Virus record (IMG/VR): IMGVR_UViG_3300013132_000055
Coordinates: 1-62,259 of that record
DNA length: 62,259 bases
From: a virus
Taxonomy: Duplodnaviria > Caudoviricetes
Direction: 5' to 3' (one strand)
A program made the translations under genes and the position numbers. Under the pieces are notes generated by a model that worked only from the letters and a program-made list of their open reading frames with translations, was not told where the DNA came from and did not search any database. Positions 48,712-59,048 of this stretch are shown one piece after another (the first letter of the stretch is position 1; each line of letters starts with the position of its first letter).

Positions 48712-51700
48712 ATGGCATACAGCGCAATCCCAATTTTCCCTAGCGGCGGCGGCGGGGACGGACGCAGGATCCTCAACACTTGGGCGGTCCCTGGGGGGCA
48801 TCCGTTCGATGTGGGTCATGTGGTCCTCTACACCGCAGGGGTGACGGGATTCCAACTCGGGATCGCAGACGATCTCGACATGGCTCAGACTGTAGGCATC
48901 GTTGAGGCGACCACCACCGAATCCATAACTGTCGTCTATCAGGGCGAGATCGACTTCGCAGGATCTTCGCTCCTGATAGACGATGGCTCTATTAGCCTCA
49001 CGGCGGGACTCGTCTACTACCTCTCGCCGACCAACGAGGGCTACCTCACATCCGTTCGTCCGCTTGACGGCGCATCGTTCGTGCAGGGTGTCCTCGTCGC
49101 CACCGACACGCATGAAGGCATCGTTATCAACTCGCTGCCTCAGGCACCGACCACGGCATCCCTCTACACGCCCGTGGGATCCATCGTCCCGTTTGCGGGT
49201 CCGTACAGCGAGATCCCCGAGACTTGGCGCATCTGCGACGGTGCGGCGGTCAGGAAGTCGGGTGCGACCCCGTTGGATGGCGAGACATACGACAGTCTCT
49301 ACGGTGTCATCGGCGACAAGTACAAGGTCACGGGACTCGTCTCCGACCTGACGGGTCCTGTCAGCAACATCTATCGGGATGTCATCATTTCCTTCTCGCA
49401 GGAAGGACATGAGGACTACTCGGGAACGACTGCACATGGTCTGCTCGACGCATACGATGCCGATACGCATAAGCAATACAAAATCGGTTGGGGTGGGACA
49501 AACGACTTCGCAGTCGCCGCCCTGACCGCAGCCTCGACCTCCACGGTGAGGTTTCACTTCCTCGCACCCTACACGGGTACGAGCGTGGTCAACTTCAGCG
49601 GGGCATCGGTCAACGCTCCGATCACGATCCAATCCCTCGTTGACGGGGAGGTGGCGGGATATACCTCGCAGAGGTTCTTTATTCCCGACCTCCGAGCGAG
49701 GACTGTGTTCGGTGCGGGATATTCCGTGGGACTCACGGGAACGAACCGTGGCGAGATCAAGGGCGAGGATCTCTACCTCCTCACCACGGATGACATTCCT
49801 GACCACATCAACAAGGTCTACACCTATCCGACGAATCCTGCTCCTGATGCGGCTGGCGGCGGAACGAATGTCGTTGCGCTCATCGCCGACAGGGACAACT
49901 GCGACATCGTTCAGGCAATCGTCCACGATTCTTCGTTCACCGCCGACAATGATCCGATCAACCTCTTGCCTCCCCATGTGGTGACCAATTGGATCATCCG
50001 ACACCGTCCGTTTGAAGGGCCTGGAGTCGAGGTTGGTCCCCGTGGTCCGCAAGGTCCTGCGGGTCCGCAAGGTCCTGCGGGTGATACGGGTGCCACGGGC
50101 GCAGACGGTCCTGCGGGTCCTGCGGGTCCCACGGGTCCCACGGGTCAAGATGGTGCCACGGGTGCCACGGGCGGAGATGGCCCTGCGGGTCCTGCGGGTC
50201 CTACGGGTCCTGCGGGGGAATGTGATTGCAGCGGTTGCCTCCAAGGGGGAGGACCGCTTCCCGACAAGAGCATCTATCTCGCCGCCACATCGCAGTACAA
50301 GGACGGGAACATCGGAGACGCATCGGGGACCATCCTTGAGGAGCAGATCTCGACCGATCCCCTCTACCCCACCGATTTCGCATATGCGATGTCCTCGTTG
50401 ACCGTGACGGGCACGAACATCGAAAGTCCTGCGACTTTCTACTACCGTGACCCTGCCAACAATCCCAACGAACAGACCTACGCCTACGCTCCGACTCGTC
50501 AGTATTCTCCACATCCGACCACGGGTCTCGTTCGGGGTACGACGATCAATGCGGCGATCATTGCGGGGGAGGCACCAACGGGTCCTACCACCTGTGGTGG
50601 TGGACTCGCAAGTCCATTTGAGATCATCCTACAGAATGGTGTGTACACGCTCGACAAGAGCATCTACACCAACCTGCCCCGTGACCTCTATATCGGTGGT
50701 CAGACGGGAAGCGTCATCAATCAGACGGTCTCGGGTGTCACCGTACTCCCTGTACTCAATGCGGGTGCGACGAGCATGACCGCATTCTCGTTGCAGTTCA
50801 ACATCGGCACGGGGCAGTCGATGATTGCCGCAACAGGAACCGCCATCGTCATTCCTCCGCCGAACAGCATCGTCTACGGTTCCATCCCATCGGCAACGGG
50901 GATGTACGGACTCACCGCCACCATCGAAGGTGCGACGAGCGGCACGGCGGGATTCTTCAACTCGCTTGCGGGTGGGTATGTGGTCAAGGGAATCAGCGGA
51001 CAGACCCTCACGGTCGATGTCCTCACCGAGGGAGGAGTGACCTCCAACTTCGGCAACTTCTTCAACCAAACTTATCAGCGGTACATCAACAGCATCGATG
51101 TCTACCGTGTCACGGTTCACACCACCTCGCAGGACGGCATCTTCTTCTCGGAGAAGGGCACCCGAACCTACTTCGGGGATTCGACGGTGGCAGTCAACGG
51201 AGTGCAGTTGGGAGGCATCGCCTTCGTCAACGATGCCACGGGCACGGCACTCAACGATGCGAGCCTGTCGGGCTTCGCACCGAGCGGCTACTACAGCAAT
51301 GTCAGGGGTCTTGAGACGGACGGCGGACTGATCAAGGCAAGCGGTTGTGTGTTCATCAACTACCCGATTGCGGCACACGCATTCAACGGTGGTTCGGTGA
51401 CCCTCAACCACTCGTATGTCAGCAACTCCTACTACGGTGTTGCCGTGGACAGCGGGGCGAACGCCAAGATCGAAGGCAGCGTCATCTCCCATTCCGCCAT
51501 TCCCGTGATTGCGGAGGGTGCGGCGAATGTCAAGATCAGCCACGATCTTGGTCATGTCGGCAAGAGTCACATGATCGCCAACAAGGGCGGCATCTGCGTT
51601 GTCAACACCCCATTGGAGATGGGAAGCACCCGTGTCTTCGGACCTGGTGTCTATGCCGAGAACTCAAGCGTGAAGATCAAGCCGTTCACCGAGATCTACT

Positions 51701-52017
51701 CACAGACCGACACCACCAAGGGTGGCGGCGGAGTCTCCATCTCGGATGCGGTGATCAACAACAAGTTCGTCGTGCTTGCGGTGAACTCAAGCGTTTCTAC
51801 TCCCGACATGTACGGTGCCCTCGGAATCTCGGGTACGGATCCCGTTACCAAGACAACGAAGCCGAAGTTCAAGGCGCAGGGAACCTTCCAAGGGATCAAC
51901 TCCAAGATCATCCTCTCCTACGACAACAATCCGCTCGTCACCCCCGTGGTCGATACGAGTACCCTTGAGGACACGATCAAGGGCAACGCATCGGTTCTCC
52001 CACTCCCAACGGTGTAA
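48712..52017 (+). CDS. Tail fibre/spike with tail-collar domain, collagen segment and C-terminal beta-helix-like region
   Basis: [10 protein letters not shown]...[14 protein letters not shown], (GXY)~20, parallel-beta-type repeats near the C-terminus. Confidence 0.85.
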   Translation: MAYSAIPIFPSGGGGDGRRILNTWAVPGGHPFDVGHVVLYTAGVTGFQLGIADDLDMAQTVGIVEATTTESITVVYQGEIDFAGSSLLIDDGSISLTAGLVYYLSPTNEGYLTSVRPLDGASFVQGVLVATDTHEGIVINSLPQAPTTASLYTPVGSIVPFAGPYSEIPETWRICDGAAVRKSGATPLDGETYDSLYGVIGDKYKVTGLVSDLTGPVSNIYRDVIISFSQEGHEDYSGTTAHGLLDAYDADTHKQYKIGWGGTNDFAVAALTAASTSTVRFHFLAPYTGTSVVNFSGASVNAPITIQSLVDGEVAGYTSQRFFIPDLRARTVFGAGYSVGLTGTNRGEIKGEDLYLLTTDDIPDHINKVYTYPTNPAPDAAGGGTNVVALIADRDNCDIVQAIVHDSSFTADNDPINLLPPHVVTNWIIRHRPFEGPGVEVGPRGPQGPAGPQGPAGDTGATGADGPAGPAGPTGPTGQDGATGATGGDGPAGPAGPTGPAGECDCSGCLQGGGPLPDKSIYLAATSQYKDGNIGDASGTILEEQISTDPLYPTDFAYAMSSLTVTGTNIESPATFYYRDPANNPNEQTYAYAPTRQYSPHPTTGLVRGTTINAAIIAGEAPTGPTTCGGGLASPFEIILQNGVYTLDKSIYTNLPRDLYIGGQTGSVINQTVSGVTVLPVLNAGATSMTAFSLQFNIGTGQSMIAATGTAIVIPPPNSIVYGSIPSATGMYGLTATIEGATSGTAGFFNSLAGGYVVKGISGQTLTVDVLTEGGVTSNFGNFFNQTYQRYINSIDVYRVTVHTTSQDGIFFSEKGTRTYFGDSTVAVNGVQLGGIAFVNDATGTALNDASLSGFAPSGYYSNVRGLETDGGLIKASGCVFINYPIAAHAFNGGSVTLNHSYVSNSYYGVAVDSGANAKIEGSVISHSAIPVIAEGAANVKISHDLGHVGKSHMIANKGGICVVNTPLEMGSTRVFGPGVYAENSSVKIKPFTEIYSQTDTTKGGGGVSISDAVINNKFVVLAVNSSVSTPDMYGALGISGTDPVTKTTKPKFKAQGTFQGINSKIILSYDNNPLVTPVVDTSTLEDTIKGNASVLPLPTV
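50035..50220 (+). repeat. Collagen-like GXY coding repeat
   Basis: [62 protein letters not shown]. Confidence 0.92.
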
Positions 52018-52020
52018 CCC

Positions 52021-52428
52021 ATGTTCAAGCAGCACAATGACAAGATCTTCCTTGACGGCATGGAGGTGCCCCTCCCGCTGTTCAGGATGCTTGAGCCGAA
52101 CTACACCCACCCCTCCGATCTCATCGTCATGTTCTACGACGGTGAACGAAGGCACTACAGGACGAAGCACCGTTCGTGGTCGATCATGGGTAGGTGGGAG
52201 GACGGCGAGAGATACCTTGCCCGCAAGGAGGATTTCGCCCGACTCATGCGAGGGGAGAACAACGAGAGCATCGCAGCCGAGATGCAGGTGGCTGAGGTCA
52301 AGTCCGACCTAAAGGCTAAATACGCCGAGGAGGAGAAGACCGATGTCGAACTGCACAAGCGGACTGATCTCGACAAGGGCGGAACTAAAAGAGTACGCTC
52401 TCCGAGCAAACGGGCACCCCGTAGTTGA
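52021..52428 (+). CDS. Hypothetical protein (possible fibre chaperone), overlaps gp13 by 86 nt
   Basis: 135 aa ORF starting 3 nt after the fibre stop. Confidence 0.65.
   Translation: MFKQHNDKIFLDGMEVPLPLFRMLEPNYTHPSDLIVMFYDGERRHYRTKHRSWSIMGRWEDGERYLARKEDFARLMRGENNESIAAEMQVAEVKSDLKAKYAEEEKTDVELHKRTDLDKGGTKRVRSPSKRAPRS
52316..52322 (+). promoter_or_regulatory. Late promoter CTAAATA for the neck operon
   Basis: GGCTAAATA followed by GAGGAG RBS and ATG 52343. Confidence 0.75.
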
Positions 52429-53197
52429 GATCAACATCGCCGACGAACAACTTGAGGACCGCATCAACGATGCCCTTCAGTTCTTCAGCGAGTATCACTT
52501 CGACGGCGTGGAGAAGGTCTACCTGAAGTACAAGTTGTCGCAGACCGACATCGACAACGGGTACATCTCCTTCGTCGCCGACAACAGGCAGTCGCAGACC
52601 GCCGATGGTTCGGGTTTCATCGACGGGGATGCCGTGCAGACGAGCATCGATCCCGACTGCCCCGAGAATGTTCTCCTACAGAGCCTCATCGTCAGCGTGA
52701 CGAGGATCTTCCCGTTCACGCAACAGTCTGTGGGCATGTTCGATGTCCGCTATCAGTATGCCTTGAACGACCTCTACACCTTCGGCACCATCGACTTGGT
52801 GCAGTACGACATGACGCAGCAGTACCTCCAACTGTTGCGGCAGTTCCTCTCTCCCGACAAGAGCGTCCGATTCAATAGGGTCGCCAACAAACTGTACATC
52901 GACAGCGACAAGCGGCAGTTCACGGCGGGAATGTACCTCATCATCGAAGCCTACCGAATCCTCGACCCGAGGGTGTACCCCGAGGTATACAACGACCGCT
53001 TACTCAAGAAGTACTGTGTGGCACTCATCAGGTGGCAATGGGGTGTCAACTTGTCGAAGTACAGCGGGATCAAGTTACCAGGAGACATCACCCTCGACGG
53101 ACAGAGCATGATGAAGGACTCTTGGCAGCAGAAGGAAGACATTGAGAAGGAGATCATTCTGAAGGGCGAGTTGCCCGTTGACTTCATCATGGGCTGA
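52343..53197 (+). CDS. gp13: Neck protein
   Basis: LK.Y.LR..G.PV..INI..EQ.EDRI..ALQ.F.EYHFDG, QWG.NL.KY.G..LPG. Confidence 0.95.
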   Translation: MSNCTSGLISTRAELKEYALRANGHPVVEINIADEQLEDRINDALQFFSEYHFDGVEKVYLKYKLSQTDIDNGYISFVADNRQSQTADGSGFIDGDAVQTSIDPDCPENVLLQSLIVSVTRIFPFTQQSVGMFDVRYQYALNDLYTFGTIDLVQYDMTQQYLQLLRQFLSPDKSVRFNRVANKLYIDSDKRQFTAGMYLIIEAYRILDPRVYPEVYNDRLLKKYCVALIRWQWGVNLSKYSGIKLPGDITLDGQSMMKDSWQQKEDIEKEIILKGELPVDFIMG

Positions 53198-53205
53198 AAG
53201 GAAAT

Positions 53206-54099
53206 ATGGCACTCAATCCGTACATCAGGGTCAACAGCAAGACCTATGTCCCCGAGCAGAGCCTCATCGATGAACTCACCGTCGAGGCGATCAAGATCTA
53301 CGGACATGAGATGTATTACATCCCTCGGGACTTGGTAACAAGGGACGATCTGTTCGGGGAGTCGAAGTACTCACGCTTCACCTCGTTCAAGATGATTGAG
53401 ATGTACATGGACACCACCACCGCCTTTGAGGGCGGGGACACATTCACGAAGTTCGGCTTTGAGATCAGGGACAGCGTCAAGTTCACCGTGTCCCGCAGGA
53501 GGTTCAAGAGAGAGACGGGCAAGGACAGGCCCCTTGAAGGAGATCTGCTGTTCCTTCCGATCAGCAAGGGTCTCTTTGAGATAAAGTTCGTGGAGCATGA
53601 GAACCCCTTCTACCAGTTGGGCAAACTCTACTCCTTCCAGTTGACATGCGAACTGTTCCAATACTCGGAGGAGGAGTTCGATACGGGTGTTCCCGAGATC
53701 GATGCCATCAACGAGGAGACGGGGTTCAAGGTCAATCTCGACTTGGGGGCGTTGTATGGAGGAGGAACTTTTGCAGAAGGCGACAGCGTATATCAATACG
53801 AGGATGGTTCGCCTACAGGACCAACTGCGGGAGCATCTGCGAGGGCGGTGGTCTTCTCGTATGACGCATACGCAGATCCGCTCCGAGTATCTCTTTCCGA
53901 TGTTGTTGGTACTTGGATCTCGGAGACCTCCTCGGGAGCGACCGCATACATAGCCAAGTCGAACAACTCCGTCTACGCATCCATTTCGGGCAAGGATGAC
54001 ACCATGGGCATCCTTGACGAGGCGAAGAACGATGCCATCCAAGAGGAAGCCGAGGGAGTCTTCAACTTCGATGAGGAGAACCCGTTCGGGGATCCGTGA
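53206..54099 (+). CDS. gp14: Neck protein
   Basis: EQ.L...L..E.IKIYG...YYIPR, KFG....D, RP.EGDL, FVEHE.PFYQLG, F.E.NPFG. Confidence 0.95.
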   Translation: MALNPYIRVNSKTYVPEQSLIDELTVEAIKIYGHEMYYIPRDLVTRDDLFGESKYSRFTSFKMIEMYMDTTTAFEGGDTFTKFGFEIRDSVKFTVSRRRFKRETGKDRPLEGDLLFLPISKGLFEIKFVEHENPFYQLGKLYSFQLTCELFQYSEEEFDTGVPEIDAINEETGFKVNLDLGALYGGGTFAEGDSVYQYEDGSPTGPTAGASARAVVFSYDAYADPLRVSLSDVVGTWISETSSGATAYIAKSNNSVYASISGKDDTMGILDEAKNDAIQEEAEGVFNFDEENPFGDP

Positions 54100-54102
54100 T
54101 TT

Positions 54103-54954
54103 ATGCTTGAGTACTACTACCACAGCACCGTCAGGAAGGTCGTGGTGGGGTTCGCCTCGCTGTTCAACGACATCTATGTCTCAAGGAAGGGACAGTCGGG
54201 TGCGGAGACCGAGAGGATCCGTGTCCCCCTTGCCTATGGACCGCAGCAGAAGTTCCTCCGCCGCCTAGACAGGATCGGCACCGACTTCGATCAACAGGCT
54301 GTGAGGCTTGAGACCTACCTGCCGAGGATGTCGTTTGAGATCAACTCTCTACAGTACGACTCCTCTCGCAAGTTGAACAGCATTCAACAGACGGTGGGGT
54401 ACAACGCTTCGGCTGACAACAAGTTGAAGCGGCGGTACGAGCGTGTTCCGTACAACATGCAGTTGACTGTCGGGGTGATGACCAAGACGATGGATGACTG
54501 CCTACAGATCGTTGAGCAGGTCCTCCCGTACTTCACCCCCGAGTATGTCTTCACTATCAAGGCAATCGATGGTCTCGACATGGATGTCGATGTGCCCATC
54601 GTGATCTCCTCGGTCAGCCTCACCGAAGGCGACGATGGGTCATATGGCGACTACTCGACCCGAAAGATCAACTTCGCCAACATGGCTTTCCAAGCCAAGA
54701 TGTACCTCTACGGACCTGTCAAGACGGTGCCCGTGATCACACAGGCGCAGGTCAACTTCTTCGACTTCGGCGACTACGGCAAGGAAAGGGACACCCTCAA
54801 GAAGTACGCCGACATCAGCGTCACGGCGGCTGACGGGATCACGGCGGGCAGTTACGCACCGTCCCTCACGGCGGGTTGGACGGGTGCGGGTGCGACCCAT
54901 GCGAATGTGTTCATCCGTGAGTACCCGCCGACACCGTGGGGAACCACGGGATGA
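54103..54954 (+). CDS. gp15: Tail sheath stabilizer / tail terminator
   Basis: YH...RK.V..F..LFN.I, VPLAYGP..KFL, LPRMSFE, QI.EQ.LPYF.P. Confidence 0.95.
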   Translation: MLEYYYHSTVRKVVVGFASLFNDIYVSRKGQSGAETERIRVPLAYGPQQKFLRRLDRIGTDFDQQAVRLETYLPRMSFEINSLQYDSSRKLNSIQQTVGYNASADNKLKRRYERVPYNMQLTVGVMTKTMDDCLQIVEQVLPYFTPEYVFTIKAIDGLDMDVDVPIVISSVSLTEGDDGSYGDYSTRKINFANMAFQAKMYLYGPVKTVPVITQAQVNFFDFGDYGKERDTLKKYADISVTAADGITAGSYAPSLTAGWTGAGATHANVFIREYPPTPWGTTG

Positions 54955-55439
54955 CAGGAGACAGCGTGAACGACATCGACATGAACATAGCGAGTGCGCT
55001 AGGAATAGACCCCTCCCGTGCGCCCGTGCCCATACACACGCCCGAGCCCCCACCCGAGCAGGAGATTCTCCCCGCAAGGCAGGGGGGCTACACGGCTCAG
55101 GATGCCGACAGGGACTATGCCGAGGTCCGCCGCAACCTCAAGGTGGTCATTGAGAAGTCTCAAGAAGCCATCGAAGGCATCATCGAACTCGCACAGGACA
55201 GCCAGCAGCCCCGAGCCTACGAGGTGGTGGCGCAACTCATACAGTCGAACCTTGAGGCGAACACCCGACTCATGGACCTTCACCGCCGCATGAAGGACAT
55301 CAAGCGGCAGGATGTGGTCAACAAGACCACGAATGTCACGAACAATTCCATCTATGTCGGCAGCACCGCTGACCTACAGAAGATGATCCGTGACCAAAGG
55401 AAGGCTATGGATTCGGGCGAGGAGTCCGCCCATGAGTAG
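54951..55439 (+). CDS. gp16: Terminase small subunit
   Basis: DY...R.NL, PRAYEV, TNN...VGST.DLQK. Confidence 0.93.
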   Translation: MTGDSVNDIDMNIASALGIDPSRAPVPIHTPEPPPEQEILPARQGGYTAQDADRDYAEVRRNLKVVIEKSQEAIEGIIELAQDSQQPRAYEVVAQLIQSNLEANTRLMDLHRRMKDIKRQDVVNKTTNVTNNSIYVGSTADLQKMIRDQRKAMDSGEESAHE

Positions 55440-57114
55440 CGACGGAACCTACATGGGAAACCCCCTTCTCAAGGGGGAGTATGTCCAACAGGAGTTCACG
55501 AAGGACCAACTCGCCGAGTACATCAAATGCTCCGAGGACCCCGTCTATTTCATCGAAAACTATGTCAAGGTCGTGACCATCGATTCGGGACTCGTTCCGT
55601 TCAAGATGTACGATTGGCAGAGGAACATCGTCAGGTCGGTCTTCGACAACCGTTTCGTTATCTGCAAGATCCCCCGACAGAGCGGCAAGACCACCACCCT
55701 CGTCTCCTGCATTCTCCATCTCGTCCTCTTCAATCCCGACTACAAGGCGGCGATCCTCGCAAACAAGTTGAAGACGGCGACCGAGATCATGGACAGGGTG
55801 AAGATCGCATACGAGAACCTTCCGAAGTGGTTGCAGCAGGGCGTGAGGGAGTGGAACAAGACTTCCGTCACCCTTGAGAACGGGTCCAAGATCGTCTGCT
55901 CGTCCACCTCGTCATCCGCCGTGCGTGGCTCGGCGTACAACTTCCTGCTCCTAGACGAGTTCGCCTTCGTCCCCGACCAGATTGCCGAACAGTTCTTCGC
56001 CTCCGTCTATCCGACGATCACTTCGGGAAAGACCTCCAAGACGGTCATCGTGTCCACCCCGAACGGGCTGAACCTGTTCTACAAGATGTGGCAGAACGCT
56101 AAGAACGGGAAGAGTGAGTTCAAGCCCGTCGAGGCGAATTGGTGGCAGGTTCCAGGTCGTGACGCTCGGTTCAAGGAGACCACGATCAGGAACACATCCG
56201 AGCGGCAATGGCTGTCGGAGTACGAGTGCGAGTTCCTCGGATCACAGGAGACCTTGATCAAGGCATCCAAGATCGCATCCCTTGCATTCACCACCCCGAT
56301 CCTTGAGACCGAGGAGGGCATGGCGGTCTACGAGAATCCCATGAAGGGGCACATCTACGCCGCCACGGTGGACTCCTCACGGTCCATCGGGCAGGACTAC
56401 AACACGATCACGGTCATTGATGTGACCTCCGTGCCGTACAAGGTGGTCTGCAAGTTCAGGTCGAACACCATTCCCGTGCCGATCTTCCCCGAGGTGATCA
56501 AGCGGGTGGGGGACAAGTACAACGAAGCCTATGTCCTAGTCGAGATCAACGACACGGGGCAGCAGGTAGCCGACATCCTCAAGGATGACTTGGAGTACGA
56601 GAATGTCATCTCCATCTCCATCAAGGGCAAGAAGGGGCAGCGGGTCGGCGAAGGCTTCGGCGGGGCGAGGATCTACAGCGGTGTCAAGATGTCCGCTCAG
56701 GTCAAGAAGGCAGGATGCCTGATCCTGAAGGAGATGATCGAATCGGACAAGTTGATCCTCAACGACTTCGACATCATCTCCGAACTGTCCACCTACATCC
56801 TCAAGGCGGGGTCATACGAGGCTACCGAGGGGTACAACGACGATCTCATAGCCACCCTTGTCATGTTCGCATGGCTCACCACGCAGGAGTACTTCAAGGA
56901 CCTTGTCAACCTAGATGTCCGTAAGCGGGTCTTTGAGGAGAAGATCAGGAAATTGGAGGAGGACATGGTCCCCTTCGGCTTCATGGACATGGGAATGGAC
57001 GAGATGGACGAGGCTGTCAAAGCCCTGTCGAGCGAACCGAGCATGACTCCGAAACCGTCCAAGAGGAACAGGTCTTGGATGGACGATGCCGACGAGATCC
57101 TCGGTCAGCCTTGA
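55432..57114 (+). CDS. gp17: Terminase large subunit
   Basis: Y.GNP.LK, C..DP.YF..NY, PRQSGKTT, LDEFAF, STPNG.N.F. Confidence 0.97.
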   Translation: MSSDGTYMGNPLLKGEYVQQEFTKDQLAEYIKCSEDPVYFIENYVKVVTIDSGLVPFKMYDWQRNIVRSVFDNRFVICKIPRQSGKTTTLVSCILHLVLFNPDYKAAILANKLKTATEIMDRVKIAYENLPKWLQQGVREWNKTSVTLENGSKIVCSSTSSSAVRGSAYNFLLLDEFAFVPDQIAEQFFASVYPTITSGKTSKTVIVSTPNGLNLFYKMWQNAKNGKSEFKPVEANWWQVPGRDARFKETTIRNTSERQWLSEYECEFLGSQETLIKASKIASLAFTTPILETEEGMAVYENPMKGHIYAATVDSSRSIGQDYNTITVIDVTSVPYKVVCKFRSNTIPVPIFPEVIKRVGDKYNEAYVLVEINDTGQQVADILKDDLEYENVISISIKGKKGQRVGEGFGGARIYSGVKMSAQVKKAGCLILKEMIESDKLILNDFDIISELSTYILKAGSYEATEGYNDDLIATLVMFAWLTTQEYFKDLVNLDVRKRVFEEKIRKLEEDMVPFGFMDMGMDEMDEAVKALSSEPSMTPKPSKRNRSWMDDADEILGQP

Positions 57115-57127
57115 AAACGGACAGAGG

Positions 57128-57134
57128 CTAAATA
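57128..57134 (+). promoter_or_regulatory. Late promoter CTAAATA for gp18
   Basis: Intergenic GGCTAAATA, then AAGGAG RBS. Confidence 0.8.
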
Positions 57135-57167
57135 CCCCCGTTCAACCTATCCAAGGAGAGAGCAGAC

Positions 57168-59048
57168 ATGGCATTCCAACTCAGCCCAGGCGTGAATGTG
57201 ACCGAGCGGGACCTCACGACGATTGTTCCCGCCGTCGCCACCACCAATGCGGGTATCGTGGGTCTCTTCAACTGGGGTCCCTGCAACAAGCGGATCCTCG
57301 TTGACAGCGAGAACAACCTCGTTCAACTTTTTGGCGCACCCGATGACAATGTCGCCGAGTGGTGGTTCCCCGCCGCAAACTTTCTTGGCTACGGCAACAA
57401 CCTTCAGGTGGTCCGTGCCACGATCAACGGCATGATCAATGCTAATGGCAGGGGCTTCACGGGAGGCACGGCGGATAACTCCGACGATGCCTTGGTCGAG
57501 AACGATGACAAGGTCGAATTCGTGACCGTGGACAACATGGGATCGTTCATCGCCCGTTATCCAGGTGCCCTCGGCAATAGCCTTGAGGTGCAGATCTGCG
57601 GTTCGTTGTCCCTTACCGCCGTGTCCAACATCACGGGTGGCTTCACCGCTTACGGTGCCGACTTTGAGGATTGGACCTATGCAACCCAGTTCGATTCCCG
57701 CCCGACCTCCACCTCGTTCATCGAAGGCATCGGTGGTTCGGGTGACGAGTTCCACGCCGTGGTCATCGACCGCAAGGGTCTGATCTCGGGCACCCGTGGC
57801 GAGATTCTTGAGAAGTTCCAAGGCATGTCGTTCCTGCCGAATGTCACCGATTCCCTCGGCAACAGCATGTACTATGTGGACAAGATCAATCGTGAGTCCA
57901 AGTACATCTTCGCCATTGAGAAGTCTGGAGCGAACGACTACGACGATCTCTTCCTCGGTGGCACGGGCCCATGGGGCAACACCGCAGTCAAGACTTGGTA
58001 CTTGGCGGGTTCTCTCAGCACCACCTCGGGTATCACGGCATCGAATGTCTCGTTCGGTGTCGGCGTGTGGCAACTCGGTGCGGGTTCGGACGGTCTGACC
58101 GCCGAGCAGACGGAGTACCTCAAGATCGCCTTCGGTCAGGATTCCGATGCGGATCCCGAGGGATATCGCCTCTTTGAGGATGCGGAGACCGTGGATGTCA
58201 ACCTCCTCATCGGTGGCCCTGACAGGAGTTTTACCCCTTCGACCGACCTCACCACGGGTCTCACGGGCTTCGTTGCCCCCCTCATCAAGGACATCGTGGA
58301 TGCCCGCAAGGACTGCGTTGCCTTCTTCTCGGTTCCGAACAAGGACCCGAATGAGACGGATCAGCGCAAGTTGGACCGTGCGATCCAATACCGCAACAAC
58401 ATCGGCTCGTCCTCGTACTGCGTGATCGACTCGGGTTACAAGTACCAGTACGACATTTACAACGACAAGTACCGTTGGGTGCCGCTGAACGCCGACATCG
58501 CAGGTCTCTGCGCTCGTTCGGATGTGAACTTCGACCCGTGGTATAGCCCCGCAGGTTTCAACCGTGGTCAGATCCGTGGCGTGGTCAAGTTGTCCTTCCA
58601 ACCCCGTCAGGCAGCAAGGGATAGCCTCTATAAGAGCGGCATCAATCCCGTTGCCACCTTCTCGGGAGAGGGCACCGTCCTCTACGGCGACAAGACCGCC
58701 CTCGCCAAGCCCTCGGCATTCGACCGCATCAATGTGCGCCGTCTGTTCATCGTGCTTGAGAAGGCAATCTCGACGGCATCGAAGTACAGCCTGTTTGAGT
58801 TCAACGATGCCTTCACCCGTGCGCAGTTCCGCTCGCTTGTCGAGCCGTTCCTCCGTGATGTTCAGGCTCGCCGTGGCATCTTCGACTTCAAGGTCGTGTG
58901 CGACGAGAAGAACAACACCCCCGAGGTGATCGACAGCAACAGGTTCGTCGCCGACATCTACATCAAGCCGAACCGCAGCATCAACTTCATTCAGTTGAAC
59001 TTCATCGCCACCAAGACGGGCGTGAACTTCAGCGAGGTCGGTGCCTGA
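57168..59048 (+). CDS. gp18: Tail sheath protein
   Basis: SPGV.V.E.DLT, ARYPG..GN, W.SPAG.NRG, FDRINVRRLF, IKP.RSINFI.LNF.A. Confidence 0.97.
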   Translation: MAFQLSPGVNVTERDLTTIVPAVATTNAGIVGLFNWGPCNKRILVDSENNLVQLFGAPDDNVAEWWFPAANFLGYGNNLQVVRATINGMINANGRGFTGGTADNSDDALVENDDKVEFVTVDNMGSFIARYPGALGNSLEVQICGSLSLTAVSNITGGFTAYGADFEDWTYATQFDSRPTSTSFIEGIGGSGDEFHAVVIDRKGLISGTRGEILEKFQGMSFLPNVTDSLGNSMYYVDKINRESKYIFAIEKSGANDYDDLFLGGTGPWGNTAVKTWYLAGSLSTTSGITASNVSFGVGVWQLGAGSDGLTAEQTEYLKIAFGQDSDADPEGYRLFEDAETVDVNLLIGGPDRSFTPSTDLTTGLTGFVAPLIKDIVDARKDCVAFFSVPNKDPNETDQRKLDRAIQYRNNIGSSSYCVIDSGYKYQYDIYNDKYRWVPLNADIAGLCARSDVNFDPWYSPAGFNRGQIRGVVKLSFQPRQAARDSLYKSGINPVATFSGEGTVLYGDKTALAKPSAFDRINVRRLFIVLEKAISTASKYSLFEFNDAFTRAQFRSLVEPFLRDVQARRGIFDFKVVCDEKNNTPEVIDSNRFVADIYIKPNRSINFIQLNFIATKTGVNFSEVGA

